64,000 bases of DNA from Longimicrobiales bacterium (GTDB lineage: Bacteria > Gemmatimonadota > Gemmatimonadetes > Longimicrobiales > Gaopeijiaceae), in NCBI GenBank assembly GCA_965238005.1, contig OZ250165.1, forward strand, positions 512,001-576,000, written 5' to 3'. The notes beneath the pieces are model-generated. The model was not told the origin of the DNA and ran no database searches. It was given only the letters and a program-made list of their open reading frames with translations. This document shows, piece by piece, positions 19,974-29,944 of the stretch (positions are counted from its first letter, which is position 1; each line of letters starts with the position of its first letter). The position numbers and the translations under genes were made by a program.

Positions 19974-20094
19974 CGTTGCCGCCGCTGGAGGTTGGAAGAA
20001 TCCGAACACCCTACGCCTCGTCTACCAGCAAGCCGACCAGGAAACCATGCTCCGGGTGGTGCTCGAGCGTGGCGAACTCAGAGAGGCGAAGTAA
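19969..20094 (+). pseudogene. C-terminal remnant of a third tyrosine recombinase
   Basis: Manual translation PDVAAAGGWKNPNTLRLVYQQADQETMLRVVLERGELREAK*, matching the GW...T...Y catalytic end. Confidence 0.6.
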
Positions 20095-20134
20095 GCCAAT
20101 GCGGCCCTTCCGTGCACACCAACGTGCACACACC

Positions 20135-20169
20135 AAAACGGCCTCCCGAGCCCAAAGCCCGGAAAGCCG
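20135..20169 (-). terminator. Intrinsic terminator downstream of polA
   Basis: Minus strand CGGCTTTCCGGGC-TTTGG-GCTCGGGAGGCCG-TTTT. Confidence 0.65.
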
Positions 20170-20216
20170 CTTGCCTTATACGTTTTCTCAGTGGGCGACG
20201 AGGATTTCTAACCCCG

Positions 20217-23093
20217 CTACCCCTTGGTGTCGTACCAGGACTTCCCTACTCCACCCTCGGCCACCAACGGGACGCTGAGCTCCACGGCGCCCTCCATACG
20301 GGAGACGACCAGCTCTGCCAACGCGTCTTCCTCACCCTCCGGGACTTCGAAGAGCAGCTCGTCGTGGACTTGGAGCAGCATACGAGCCCCCGTATCCGCA
20401 TCGGCCAGCGCCTGGGCCACATCGATCATGGCCTTCTTGATCATGTCTGCCGCCGTGCCCTGGATGGGAGTGTTCTGGGCGACTCGCTCGCCGAACTGCC
20501 GCACGTTCCAGTTCTTGGCTCTGAGCTCGGGAATGTAGCGGCGCCTACCCATGAGGGTCTCCACGAAGCCCTTCTCCCTGGCCGTGGCGATCTGCTCGTC
20601 CAGATAGGCCCGCACCCCGCTGAAGTGCTCGAAGTACTGGTCGATGAACGCCTTGGCCTCGTCGCGGCCGATCCCCAGCTGTCGGGCGAGCGCGAAGGCA
20701 CCCTGGCCGTACAGCGTGGCGAAGTTGATGGTCTTGGCCTGTCTCCGCTGCTCGGACGTCACCTGCTCGAGGGGCACCTCGAAGATGACCGACGCGGTTT
20801 GCTTGTGGACGTCCACTCCCTCCCGGAAGGCTTGGACCAGGGGCTCGTCCCCGGAAAAGTGGGCGAGGATACGCAGCTCGACCTGGGAGTAGTCGGCACC
20901 GTAGAAGAGGTACCCCTCGGCCGGGATGAAGCCCTTTCTGATCTCCCGCCCTAGCTCGGTGCGGATTGGAATGCTCTGCAGATTCGGATCGCTGGAGGAG
21001 AGGCGTCCGGTGGCCGCCACCGTCTGATTGAAGCGGGTGTGGATCCGTCCCGTTCGTGGAATCACGAGCTGAGGCAGCGCGTCTACGTAGGTCGACCGGA
21101 GCTTCTCGAGCTCACGGTACTCCATCATCAGCCGCGGGATCTCGTGTCCCTGCGTGGCGAGCTCCTCGAGAACCGATGAATCGGTAGAGGGTCCGGTCTT
21201 GGTCCGCTTGATCACTGGGAGACCCTGCTTCTCGAAGAGAACCTCGCGCAGCTGGGGCATCGAGTTCAGGTTGAACTCCTCTCCCGCCACCTTGTAGATC
21301 TCCTCCCGTATGAGGGTCAGGTCCCTGTCGAGCCGCTCGCTCATGTCCTGAAAGAAGCCTGTGTCGATACGGATCCCCTCGCGCTCCATCCCCGTCAGCA
21401 CCGGAACGAGCGGCATCTCCAACTCGTGGAACAGTCCACCCAGGCCCTGATCCTCCAGATCGACAGCGAGACGCTCGGCCAAGCGGAGCGCGGCGTCGAT
21501 CTGCTGGCCGGCGTAGTCCCCGGCGACCTCCTGGTCCACTTCGGCGAAGCTGACCCGCTTCTTACCGGTCCCTACCACGTCGTTGTAGGGCGGCAGGAAG
21601 AAGCCGAGGAAATCCTGGCAGAGAGCCTCCAGATTCTGGGTCCGCCGGCCCGGGTCCAGAACGTAGGAAGCGATCGTCACGTCGAAACCGATCCCCGCCA
21701 GGACCACGCCCACCCGATCCAGGACCACGGCCGTGGCCTTGAGGTCGGCTCCCACCTTTTCGACTGTTGGATCCTCCAGGATCTCCACGAGAGGGCGGAG
21801 CTCGACGGTGTCGAGCTCCGCGAGGTTGGCGATCCCGGTTGACTCGAAAGCTAGCGTCGGCTCCCCGGGGGGGACGTGGCCGAAGGAAAGGTAGAACGCC
21901 TCTCCAGGCTCGACGGCCAGGGCGAGGCTCACCAGGCCGGCACGATGATGGTCGGGGAAGGTAGTGTGAACCGCCAGGCCTAAACGACCCTCGACCCGGG
22001 CTCGATCCACCAGAGCAGCCAGATCGTCCGGCTCGGTGACCAGCGTGTAGCAAACCGATGCAGGCTCGGTGGGAGCTCCGGGTATCGACCCGACCGCCCG
22101 CTCCGGAGCGGATTCCTCGGGCCCCTCGGGGGACGTTACATCCGCAACATCCCCCGGTGGAGGGAGTGGTGTGGAGCCAGGTTCCGCGGCCGGGGCGCTA
22201 CGAGGAGCGAAGCGCTCCATGAGACGGCGGAACTCCATCTCCACAAAGAAGCGGTGCAGCCTCTCCTTGTCCGGCTCGCGGACCTTCAGCGCCTCGAGAT
22301 CGAGCTCGACGTCGAGGTCAGTCATGATCGTCACGAGCTCCTTGGAGATGCGAACCTCGTCGGCATTTTCCGTGAGCGAATCCCGAGCTCGCTTGCCCGA
22401 GATCTCCTCTGCATGCTCGAGGATAGCGTCCACGCTGCCGTACTCCTCCAGGAGCTTGAGCGCCGTCTTGGGGCCCACGCCCCTCGCGCCGGGGATGTTG
22501 TCGGAGGAGTCGCCGATCAGGGCCAGGTAGTCGACGACCTGGGAGGAGGGGATGCCGAACTTCTCATGGGCGTTGCTCTCGTCCACCCACTCGGCCGCCA
22601 CTCCGGTGGGTCCCCTCCGTCCGGGGTTCAGCAGATGAATCCTGGGCCCGACTAGCTGGTACAGGTCCTTGTCACCGGACACGATCACCGCCTCGAGCCC
22701 CGCGCCCCGGGCCTTCACGGCCAGCGTCCCGATGACGTCGTCGGCCTCGTATCCATCGAGCTCGACGAGGGCGTCGTTGAAGCCCGCCACCAGCTCCCGG
22801 ACCCGGGGCAGGCTCGCCCGGAGCTCATCGGGCATCTTCTCACGGGTGGCCTTGTATTCCGGATAGACCTTCTCCCGGTGGCTGTTGCCGGCATCGAAGA
22901 CCACCGCCAAATAGTCGGGCTGGTACTTGTCGCGGATCTCGATGAGGAAATTCGCGAACCCGAAGGGAGCCGAGGTGTTCTCCCCCTTGGAGTTGGTGAG
23001 GGGACGGTTGATGAAGGCGAAGAATGCCCTGTAGATCAGCGCGTAGGCGTCAATCAGGAAAAGGCGTGGGGCCTCCTTTGGAGGGACGTCCAT
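20217..23093 (-). CDS. polA: DNA polymerase I
   Basis: LIDAYALIYRAF 5'-exonuclease, ATGRLSSSDPNLQ, ADYSQVELR, AKTINFATLYG, QVHDELL motifs. Confidence 0.98.
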   Translation of the reverse strand: MDVPPKEAPRLFLIDAYALIYRAFFAFINRPLTNSKGENTSAPFGFANFLIEIRDKYQPDYLAVVFDAGNSHREKVYPEYKATREKMPDELRASLPRVRELVAGFNDALVELDGYEADDVIGTLAVKARGAGLEAVIVSGDKDLYQLVGPRIHLLNPGRRGPTGVAAEWVDESNAHEKFGIPSSQVVDYLALIGDSSDNIPGARGVGPKTALKLLEEYGSVDAILEHAEEISGKRARDSLTENADEVRISKELVTIMTDLDVELDLEALKVREPDKERLHRFFVEMEFRRLMERFAPRSAPAAEPGSTPLPPPGDVADVTSPEGPEESAPERAVGSIPGAPTEPASVCYTLVTEPDDLAALVDRARVEGRLGLAVHTTFPDHHRAGLVSLALAVEPGEAFYLSFGHVPPGEPTLAFESTGIANLAELDTVELRPLVEILEDPTVEKVGADLKATAVVLDRVGVVLAGIGFDVTIASYVLDPGRRTQNLEALCQDFLGFFLPPYNDVVGTGKKRVSFAEVDQEVAGDYAGQQIDAALRLAERLAVDLEDQGLGGLFHELEMPLVPVLTGMEREGIRIDTGFFQDMSERLDRDLTLIREEIYKVAGEEFNLNSMPQLREVLFEKQGLPVIKRTKTGPSTDSSVLEELATQGHEIPRLMMEYRELEKLRSTYVDALPQLVIPRTGRIHTRFNQTVAATGRLSSSDPNLQSIPIRTELGREIRKGFIPAEGYLFYGADYSQVELRILAHFSGDEPLVQAFREGVDVHKQTASVIFEVPLEQVTSEQRRQAKTINFATLYGQGAFALARQLGIGRDEAKAFIDQYFEHFSGVRAYLDEQIATAREKGFVETLMGRRRYIPELRAKNWNVRQFGERVAQNTPIQGTAADMIKKAMIDVAQALADADTGARMLLQVHDELLFEVPEGEEDALAELVVSRMEGAVELSVPLVAEGGVGKSWYDTKG

Positions 23094-23096
23094 GCG

Positions 23097-23264
23097 CTAG
23101 AGTTCCGTTTCCGAAGTTCGCGAGCCACCAAGAGGGTCGGGGCGCCGTGGGATCAAGGCGGGACGACGCGGCGTAGCGCAAGCTACGGTGAGGAGTCCCA
23201 ACGCCGAGCCCACGGATGCACCGTGCCCTCGACTGGCCGAGACACTTTGGTAACGGGACACTAG
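23097..23264. mobile_element. MITE, copy 1 (168 bp, CTAG at both ends)
   Basis: TIRs TAGAGTTCCGTTTCCGAAGT / TAGTGTCCCGTTACCAAAGT (16/20); 23211-23263 matches 62102-62154 inverted at 52/53. Confidence 0.8.
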
Positions 23265-23597
23265 GAGGGCTCCGCCGTTACGTAGGTCCAGCTGGCCCCG
23301 AACTCGTCCCTGCCTTGGAACATTCGATCCATGGTCCTCCGCATCAGCCTCAGCCTGTCTTCGATCCTGGCCTCGGTCGCAGCGGATCCTGTCACCTTTT
23401 CGGCGCTGCCGACCAAACGTCATAGGCGGAGCAATCTAGACACGCGGCCGACACCCTGCCAGCGCCCCCGGTGGGCCCGGAAGATTCCAACCTTCACGAT
23501 GCCCGCACGGTCCAACGAGGAGCATAAGGCAGCTTCATCTCGACGCGGGGAAGACGATGAACACACGACCCAAACTCCTGATCGCCGGTATCGTGAG

Positions 23598-24037
23598 CAG
23601 ATGAGAGAAGGTCGGTTGGAGGTGGATCTTTCCGACGCCGACGTGATCCTGGAGACCGCGTCTGGCTCCATGTTGGACGTTCGGGCCTACGTGAACGCCT
23701 CCGACAGGGAATGGGCCGCCGGGATCTTCGAGGACATGGACTTCAGCGTGACCGAGCGAGGGAACACGGTGTATGTCGAGGCCGGTGGCCACAACATCAG
23801 CGACCGGGAGTGGCGGGGTCACCGGAGCCTCTCGGTCACGGTCGTCGTGGCGGTCCCCAAGGGGACGGACATCATCGTTCTGACCGACGACGGCGACATC
23901 CACACCTCGGATGGCGACATCGTCGTCGACCGTCTCGAGAGCCGCCGAGCCAAGATCCGGACCTGCTAAACGGCGGCGGGCCCACCATCGACATGAGGAC
24001 CGGAGACGGCTCGATCTCGCTTCGCCGGGGCAACTGA
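23598..24037 (+). pseudogene. Degenerate DUF4097-type beta-repeat protein
   Basis: VAVPKGTDIIVLTDDGDIHTSDGDI, with NGGGPTIDMRTGDGSISLR in another frame; short and frameshifted. Confidence 0.6.
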
Positions 24038-24071
24038 AAAACGCCCCGCGGACCGTCTCGTCCGCGGGGCG
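24037..24071 (-). terminator. Intrinsic terminator of the cold-shock gene
   Basis: Perfect 12-bp stem CGCCCCGCGGAC/GTCCGCGGGGCG plus an A5 run on its left. Confidence 0.75.
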
Positions 24072-24094
24072 CCACTGCTTGGGTTAAGGAGCGT

Positions 24095-24295
24095 CTAGGC
24101 CCTGACTACGTTCGAGGCCTGGCACCCCTTCTCAGTCGTGGCCACGTCGAATTCCACTTCCTCGCCCTCCGTGAGAGTTCGAAACCCGTCTCCCACGATG
24201 GCCGAAAAGTGGACGAAAACGTCCTCACCCTCCTGCTGAGAGATGAAGCCATACCCCTTCGAATCGTTGAACCACTTGACCGTCCCTTTGGACAT
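24095..24295 (-). CDS. Cold-shock protein
   Basis: [18 protein letters not shown]...DVFVHFSAI. Confidence 0.96.
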   Translation of the reverse strand: MSKGTVKWFNDSKGYGFISQQEGEDVFVHFSAIVGDGFRTLTEGEEVEFDVATTEKGCQASNVVRA

Positions 24296-24452
24296 TCCGA
24301 CTACTCCTTCTGCAGCATGAAACACTAGCTCTCCGCCGCCCCGGGCTCTCGATCCGGCCGAGGGCGGCGACCGGATCTGCCGACCCGCTCTGAAAGGTTA
24401 GGCACCGTACGGGTCCATCGTCAAGGAGACCCTGCGGGGGCGTGCGGCGCGC

Positions 24453-26870
24453 TCAGTCCTCTCCGTAGAGAAACCGGTACAGGTGGATGTTACGGGTGAT
24501 ATTCTTGACGTAGCCGCGAGTCTCGTCGAAGGGAATCCGCTCGGTGAACCTCAGGGGATCTTCCGCCTCCGGAAGCTGCTTCCATCGTAGCGCTCGCGTC
24601 GGGCCGGCATTGTATGCCGAGAGCGCCAGAGGCAGATTGCCGTCACCATAGCGACGCTCCATGTCCACCCAGAACGTCGTGCCCAGGTGGAGGTTGATCT
24701 CCGCCGTCTCCAGGCTTGCCGGCGTGAATCCCCGTATCCCCTGTTCCCTGGCCAGCTCGCGTCCCGTCTCCGGCATCACCTGCATGAGGCCGATGGCACC
24801 CGCAGGGGAGCGGATCGCCACCGCGAACGCCGACTCCTGCCGGATCAGGGACGCAAGGAAGAAGGGTTCGATGCCCGCCTCCGCCGCCTCTCGCGTCACG
24901 ATCTCGCGATAAGGGAACGGATAGAGCACCCGCAGGAGTCGCCGGCTGTAGGGGCTCCCCTCCCCGAGCAGCTTCCAGCCCAAGTTTATCCCGTCTATGG
25001 TGAAGCCACGTTCGATCAGGTTGTCAGCCAGATCCAGGCTCACCGGCACCGAGCCGTCCGCACGTGCGATGAGCTGGGCCACCAGGCTCTCCGCGCCATC
25101 GTCGAGGCCGGCGGCGGTCAGGAGATCCACCGTGGACAGGCCGGATCGTAGCCACTCGGGTGGATCGGAGACGGGCCCCGTGGGGACCGGGGGGCCGTAC
25201 GACTCATCGAGGCGCTCCGAAACGAGAACCCCGTAGTAGGACACCGGATTCCTCTCCCGAATCATGTCCAGATAGCCCCTGGCCTCCTGATCCTTTCCCA
25301 GCGCCTCGAGACTCCGGGCAGCCCAGTACGCCGCCTGCTCCCACCGCCGTCCGTCCGGGAAGTCGTCCAGATACGCCTGGAACACCCCGGCCGCCGCAAC
25401 GACGTCGTTTCGCAGGAGGTGGATCTGCCCCAGGCGCATCCGGGCGTGACCGGCGGAGCTGAGAGATGGAGCCATGGTCATGGCTCTCTCGAACCCGGCG
25501 GCAGCCTCGGCATATGCACCCCCATCCTGAGCCGCTGCCGCCCGCGCGAACACGATGTCGACGGCCTGGCTGCTCTCGGGAAAGCGCTCGATGATCCAGC
25601 CCTGGATCGTGCGGGCGGCGTCGCGCCGACTCTGGCGCCTACGGGTCCGGAGCCACTGATCGAGCACGCGGAGCTCGAACTCGGGATCGTCGGTCTCGAC
25701 GAGGAGCCGGAATTCACGGACCGCCGCATCGTGCTGCCCCACCGCAGAGAGGAGACGGGCCATGACCAACCCCACTCCCGGATCCATGGCCATCGAGTCC
25801 GGCAGCAGATCCTCGTATCGTCTGTAGGCCTCCAGGGAGCGTCGACTGTTCCGGACACGATCGAGAGTCTGGGCAGCGAGAAGCGCGAGATCGGCATCCA
25901 AGTCGCCCATGTCGAGCAATGCGCTCGCGGCTCGTGCACCGCTGGCGCCGCGAGGATGGACGGCCAGTGAGGCCTGGAGCGCCTGCCGCGCTCCGGCGGA
26001 GTCTCTCCGAGCGAGTCTCAGCGCTCCCACCGCCGAGAAGGCCCGCCCGCGACGCGAGGCCCTGGTCTCGGCTTCCAGGGTCTGCAGATACGCGTCCAAG
26101 GCTCGGGTGGAGTCTCCGGCCACGAGAAGGGTCCGGGCCTCGACCTCCCATGCGACATCCGCCGCCGCGGAGTCTCGCCGTATCCACGGAAGCAACTCCA
26201 CGACGCGCTCCACGTCACCGTTGTCGGACATCCACTCCGCGACGTCCAGGGCAGTCCAGCCCACCAGCTCCGACGACTCTTCACCGGCGGCCTCCATGGC
26301 CTCCAAGACTGACTCCCATCGGCCGGCCCGAGCCGCGGACCGGGCCTCCCGTGACGCCTCCGGCGCCACTGCACTCCTACTCGGTCCGGTCTCCCGGAAT
26401 CGAGCGAAGCTCTCGGCGGCGTGCTCCCAGCGCTCGGCCGCCTCCAGCCCACGGCCCAGCAGCCGGCGGCCCTCGGCACCCTCCAGCTCATCCAGCCAGT
26501 CGACTCCCTCGAGGCCCTCAACCACCCCCGGCCAGTTCTTCCAGCCCGCATCCGCACGAGCGAGAAGCAGGGTCTCCGAAGGATCGGTGCGGTCATCCCC
26601 GTCGCTCCTCGACCGCAGCAAGCGACTCGCGTGCCAGTAGCGGCCGGCGTTCAGCTCGGCCCTTGCCGAGTCGAGGGCAGGATCGGCCGAGGTGGTACCG
26701 AGGGTGCCGGCCGGCCTCGGTACAGGGTAGGTGCTCCGCGCCTGCGGTCCAGGCGAGGGCCTCCAGGCCTGCGGGCCGGAAGAGCCTGCCCCGAGGAGGG
26801 CGAGAAGAAGAAGTGAACCGCCGAATCTCACCGTGCTGCCAACCCCACCGATTCGTACCGAGGTAAACAA
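24453..26870 (-). CDS. TPR-containing soluble lytic transglycosylase (Slt)
   Basis: IRQESAF, GAIGLMQVMP, AYNAGP, IPFDETRGYV motifs; start uncertain. Confidence 0.9.
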   Translation of the reverse strand: MFTSVRIGGVGSTVRFGGSLLLLALLGAGSSGPQAWRPSPGPQARSTYPVPRPAGTLGTTSADPALDSARAELNAGRYWHASRLLRSRSDGDDRTDPSETLLLARADAGWKNWPGVVEGLEGVDWLDELEGAEGRRLLGRGLEAAERWEHAAESFARFRETGPSRSAVAPEASREARSAARAGRWESVLEAMEAAGEESSELVGWTALDVAEWMSDNGDVERVVELLPWIRRDSAAADVAWEVEARTLLVAGDSTRALDAYLQTLEAETRASRRGRAFSAVGALRLARRDSAGARQALQASLAVHPRGASGARAASALLDMGDLDADLALLAAQTLDRVRNSRRSLEAYRRYEDLLPDSMAMDPGVGLVMARLLSAVGQHDAAVREFRLLVETDDPEFELRVLDQWLRTRRRQSRRDAARTIQGWIIERFPESSQAVDIVFARAAAAQDGGAYAEAAAGFERAMTMAPSLSSAGHARMRLGQIHLLRNDVVAAAGVFQAYLDDFPDGRRWEQAAYWAARSLEALGKDQEARGYLDMIRERNPVSYYGVLVSERLDESYGPPVPTGPVSDPPEWLRSGLSTVDLLTAAGLDDGAESLVAQLIARADGSVPVSLDLADNLIERGFTIDGINLGWKLLGEGSPYSRRLLRVLYPFPYREIVTREAAEAGIEPFFLASLIRQESAFAVAIRSPAGAIGLMQVMPETGRELAREQGIRGFTPASLETAEINLHLGTTFWVDMERRYGDGNLPLALSAYNAGPTRALRWKQLPEAEDPLRFTERIPFDETRGYVKNITRNIHLYRFLYGED

Positions 26871-26933
26871 ACGACTCTACATACTAAGAATAGAGCACAG
26901 GGGCCCGGAAGTGCCCTTCCATCGGCCGGATAG

Positions 26934-26971
26934 AAAAAAAGAGGGGCCACCCCCCTACCGGGTGGCCCCTC
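26934..26971 (-). terminator. Intrinsic terminator after the exbB-like gene
   Basis: GAGGGGCCACCC/GGGTGGCCCCTC stem followed by T7 on the minus strand. Confidence 0.8.
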
Positions 26972-26999
26972 CTGCGCTCGCTGAGCCAGCGCCAGGCTA

Positions 27000-27716
27000 C
27001 TAACCGGCTCGATCCGCCTCCATAGCATGGAGAGCATCGATCATCTTTTGTGCCGACTCCTCCATGTCGATGACCAGGCTGTCGATCCGCGACACGAAGT
27101 AGTTGTGCGAGATGCTCACCGGAATGGCGATCACCAGTCCGGCCGCCGTCGTGAGGAGCGCCACTTTGATCCCTCCAGCCACCAGCGTAGCCTCTACCTC
27201 TCCGGCTGCCTCGATGGACTGGAACGCGATGATCATCCCGATCACCGTTCCGAGAAAGCCGAGGAGCGGCGCGACATTGGTCAGTGTCGCCAGGACCACC
27301 AGTCCCTTCTCGAGCTTGCTGAGCTCGATGAGACCCTGGTTCTCAATGGCCTTCATCACACGTTCCGTGCCCTCCTCGTGGCGCTCGAGGCCAGCATAGA
27401 GGATCTTCGCGGCGGGGGCGTCGGAATTCCGGGTAGCTTCGAGCGCCTCGTCGATCCGATGCTGGGCCAAGAGCTCGTCGACCTCACCGAGGATCTTCTT
27501 CGTCCGGGAGGACTTCATGAGCAGATCGAAGAACTTCCAGATGATGACGATGAAACCGATGACCACGCAGAGGGCCAACGGCCAGCGCATGAAGCCAGTC
27601 TCGTCCCAGACGAACTGCAACCCCTCTCCGAGGGTCTGATCCGGCTGATCCAACCCAGGGAGCTGCATCAGGGCACTGTAGACGCGCATCAAACCGACCA
27701 ACGGGACCTCCAGCAT
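27000..27716 (-). CDS. MotA/TolQ/ExbB proton channel protein
   Basis: APLLGFLGTVIGMI, GIKVALLTTAAGLVIAIP. Confidence 0.93.
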   Translation of the reverse strand: MLEVPLVGLMRVYSALMQLPGLDQPDQTLGEGLQFVWDETGFMRWPLALCVVIGFIVIIWKFFDLLMKSSRTKKILGEVDELLAQHRIDEALEATRNSDAPAAKILYAGLERHEEGTERVMKAIENQGLIELSKLEKGLVVLATLTNVAPLLGFLGTVIGMIIAFQSIEAAGEVEATLVAGGIKVALLTTAAGLVIAIPVSISHNYFVSRIDSLVIDMEESAQKMIDALHAMEADRAG

Positions 27717-27828
27717 AAAATGTTTTCCACTACACGTCCCGACCCGATAAGCGGGAGGCCAAGACCTGCTGGTTTTTTCAAGCAGTCCGAATTGTGGAGC
27801 GGACCGGCAACCCTGTCAACCCCCGGCC

Positions 27829-28851
27829 CTACGGCATCACACCTTTGATACAGGCCGCGAAATGACCGGCCACCTTTTCGTCCAACGGAGGAACGACGCG
27901 GCCGCACTCCTCATCTTTCCCCGGATGCGGACAGCGAGGATGGAACGGACACCCCGACGGAGGATTCATGGGGCTCGGCACGTCTCCGGAAAGCATGATT
28001 CGCTGCCGGGTCCGTGCCGCTTTCGGATCGGGTCTCGGCACAGCCGAGAGGAGGGCCTTCGTGTACGGGTGCTGGGGAGACCCATATAGGTCCTCGGCCG
28101 TGCCCGACTCCACGATCTTGCCCAGGTACATCACCGCCACGTGATCACTCACGTGCTCTACCACCGCCAAGTCGTGGGCGATGAAGAGGTACGTGAGCCC
28201 GAACTCCTTCTGGAGATCCCGGAGAAGGTTGATGACCTGCGCCTGGACCGATACGTCCAGCGCCGAAACGGGCTCGTCACACACGATGAAGTCCGGCTCG
28301 ACCGCCAGAGCGCGGGCGAGCCCGATCCTCTGTCGCTGGCCACCGCTGAACTCGTGCGGATACCGGTCGGCGTCCTCGGGACGTAGGCCAACAATCTCCA
28401 GCAGCTCATTGACCCGCCTGGAGCGGGCCGGGCCCTTGGGCGCCAGTCTGTGGACCTTGAGCACCTCCTGGAGCATGGCGCCGACGGTCATGCGGGGATT
28501 CAAGGAGCTGAAGGGGTCTTGAAAGACGATCTGCGCGCGCCTCCGAAGTGCGCGTAGCCGCTCGCGGTCCAGCGTGGCGAGATCCTCCCCATCGAAGATC
28601 ACCTGTCCGGCAGTCGGCTCGATGAGGCGCAAGATGGCCCGGCCCGTGGTGGACTTGCCGCACCCGGACTCGCCGACGAGTCCCAGAGTCTCACCACGAC
28701 GGAGCTGGAAGCTTACCCCGTCCACCGCCTTCACATGGCCCACCGTTTGACCGAGGATACCCCTGCGGACGGGGAAGTACTTCTTCAGGTTCCGGACGTC
28801 CAAGAGGACCTCACCCGCAGCCCCGTTTCCGTTCCCCGATCCGGGAGTCAT
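27829..28851 (-). CDS. Peptide ABC transporter ATPase (OppF/DppF type)
   Basis: [28 protein letters not shown]-terminal GCPFHPRC. Confidence 0.93.
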   Translation of the reverse strand: MTPGSGNGNGAAGEVLLDVRNLKKYFPVRRGILGQTVGHVKAVDGVSFQLRRGETLGLVGESGCGKSTTGRAILRLIEPTAGQVIFDGEDLATLDRERLRALRRRAQIVFQDPFSSLNPRMTVGAMLQEVLKVHRLAPKGPARSRRVNELLEIVGLRPEDADRYPHEFSGGQRQRIGLARALAVEPDFIVCDEPVSALDVSVQAQVINLLRDLQKEFGLTYLFIAHDLAVVEHVSDHVAVMYLGKIVESGTAEDLYGSPQHPYTKALLSAVPRPDPKAARTRQRIMLSGDVPSPMNPPSGCPFHPRCPHPGKDEECGRVVPPLDEKVAGHFAACIKGVMP

Positions 28852-28869
28852 GAGAGCTTTCCGGTGGGA

Positions 28870-29898
28870 TCAGGGGGGGGGCGATCCCGCCGCCGTCGAG
28901 TGGGGGGAACTCGAGTCCGACACGGCATCGTCCATGAGCCAGCAGCGGGCCCACCGTCCCGCCTCCCCGCCGACGGTCAGCAGCTCGGGCATCTCCCGGT
29001 GGCAGCGCTCCCACGCGAATGGACAGCGCTCCTTGAAGCGGCACGCCTCCGGCCAGCTTCCGGGACTCGGTACGACCCCCGGGATCGGATGGAGCTCCCG
29101 ATCTCGCCCTCCGAGCTCGGGCAGGGAGGCCAGCAGCCCTTGCGTGTAGGGATGCCGGGGATCTGCGAAGATCTCATCTACGGTGCCCGTCTCCACCACC
29201 TGCCCTGCATACATGACGACCACTCGATCGCACAGCTCCGCGACCACGCCCAGGTCGTGTGTGATGAGGAGGACCGCCATCCCATGCGTCCGTCTCAGTC
29301 CGGCGAGGAGGTCCAGGATCTGGGCCTGGATCGTGACGTCCAAGGCTGTCGTGGGCTCGTCGGCGATCAATAGCCTGGGCTCACACGACAGGGCCATGGC
29401 GATCATGACCCTCTGCCTCATGCCGCCGGAGAGCTGATGGGGGTACTCGTCGAAGCGCTGATCGGGGTCCGGAATACCGACCTCTGTGAGCAACCTGACG
29501 CTCACCCTCCGGGCATCTCGCTTGTTGAGGCCCCGGTGTGTCCTCAGGGCCTCGGCGATCTGATTCCCTACCGTAAAGACCGGGTTGAGAGAGGTCATGG
29601 GCTCCTGGAAGATCATGGAGATCTCGTTACCCCGGATCTCCCGGAGGCGCGCGTTCGACGCACCCACCAGCTCCTCACCACCGAAGCGAATGGAGCTCCC
29701 CGAGACGATCTTCCCGGGCGGATCGGGAATCAGTCCCATGAGCGAAAGGGACGTGACCGTCTTCCCGCAACCCGACTCGCCGACGATCCCGAGTGTCTCC
29801 CCCTCCTCCACGTGGAAGGAGACGCCGTCCACGGCCTGGGCCACACCGGCGTCGGTCCTGAAATACGTGCGCAGGTCACGGACCTCCAGGAGCGGCAT
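28870..29898 (-). CDS. Peptide ABC transporter ATPase (OppD/DppD type)
   Basis: [29 protein letters not shown]. Confidence 0.93.
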   Translation of the reverse strand: MPLLEVRDLRTYFRTDAGVAQAVDGVSFHVEEGETLGIVGESGCGKTVTSLSLMGLIPDPPGKIVSGSSIRFGGEELVGASNARLREIRGNEISMIFQEPMTSLNPVFTVGNQIAEALRTHRGLNKRDARRVSVRLLTEVGIPDPDQRFDEYPHQLSGGMRQRVMIAMALSCEPRLLIADEPTTALDVTIQAQILDLLAGLRRTHGMAVLLITHDLGVVAELCDRVVVMYAGQVVETGTVDEIFADPRHPYTQGLLASLPELGGRDRELHPIPGVVPSPGSWPEACRFKERCPFAWERCHREMPELLTVGGEAGRWARCWLMDDAVSDSSSPHSTAAGSPPP

Positions 29899-29944
29899 CA
29901 GACGGCCCTCCGCAGTCCAATACTGCCCGGCGCGATTTTGGGGA

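Noticed and set aside
20191..20215. Intact tRNA after polA
   Set aside because: Only a degenerate 3'-end-like fragment is present, with no D or anticodon arm; kept only as a possible att relic.
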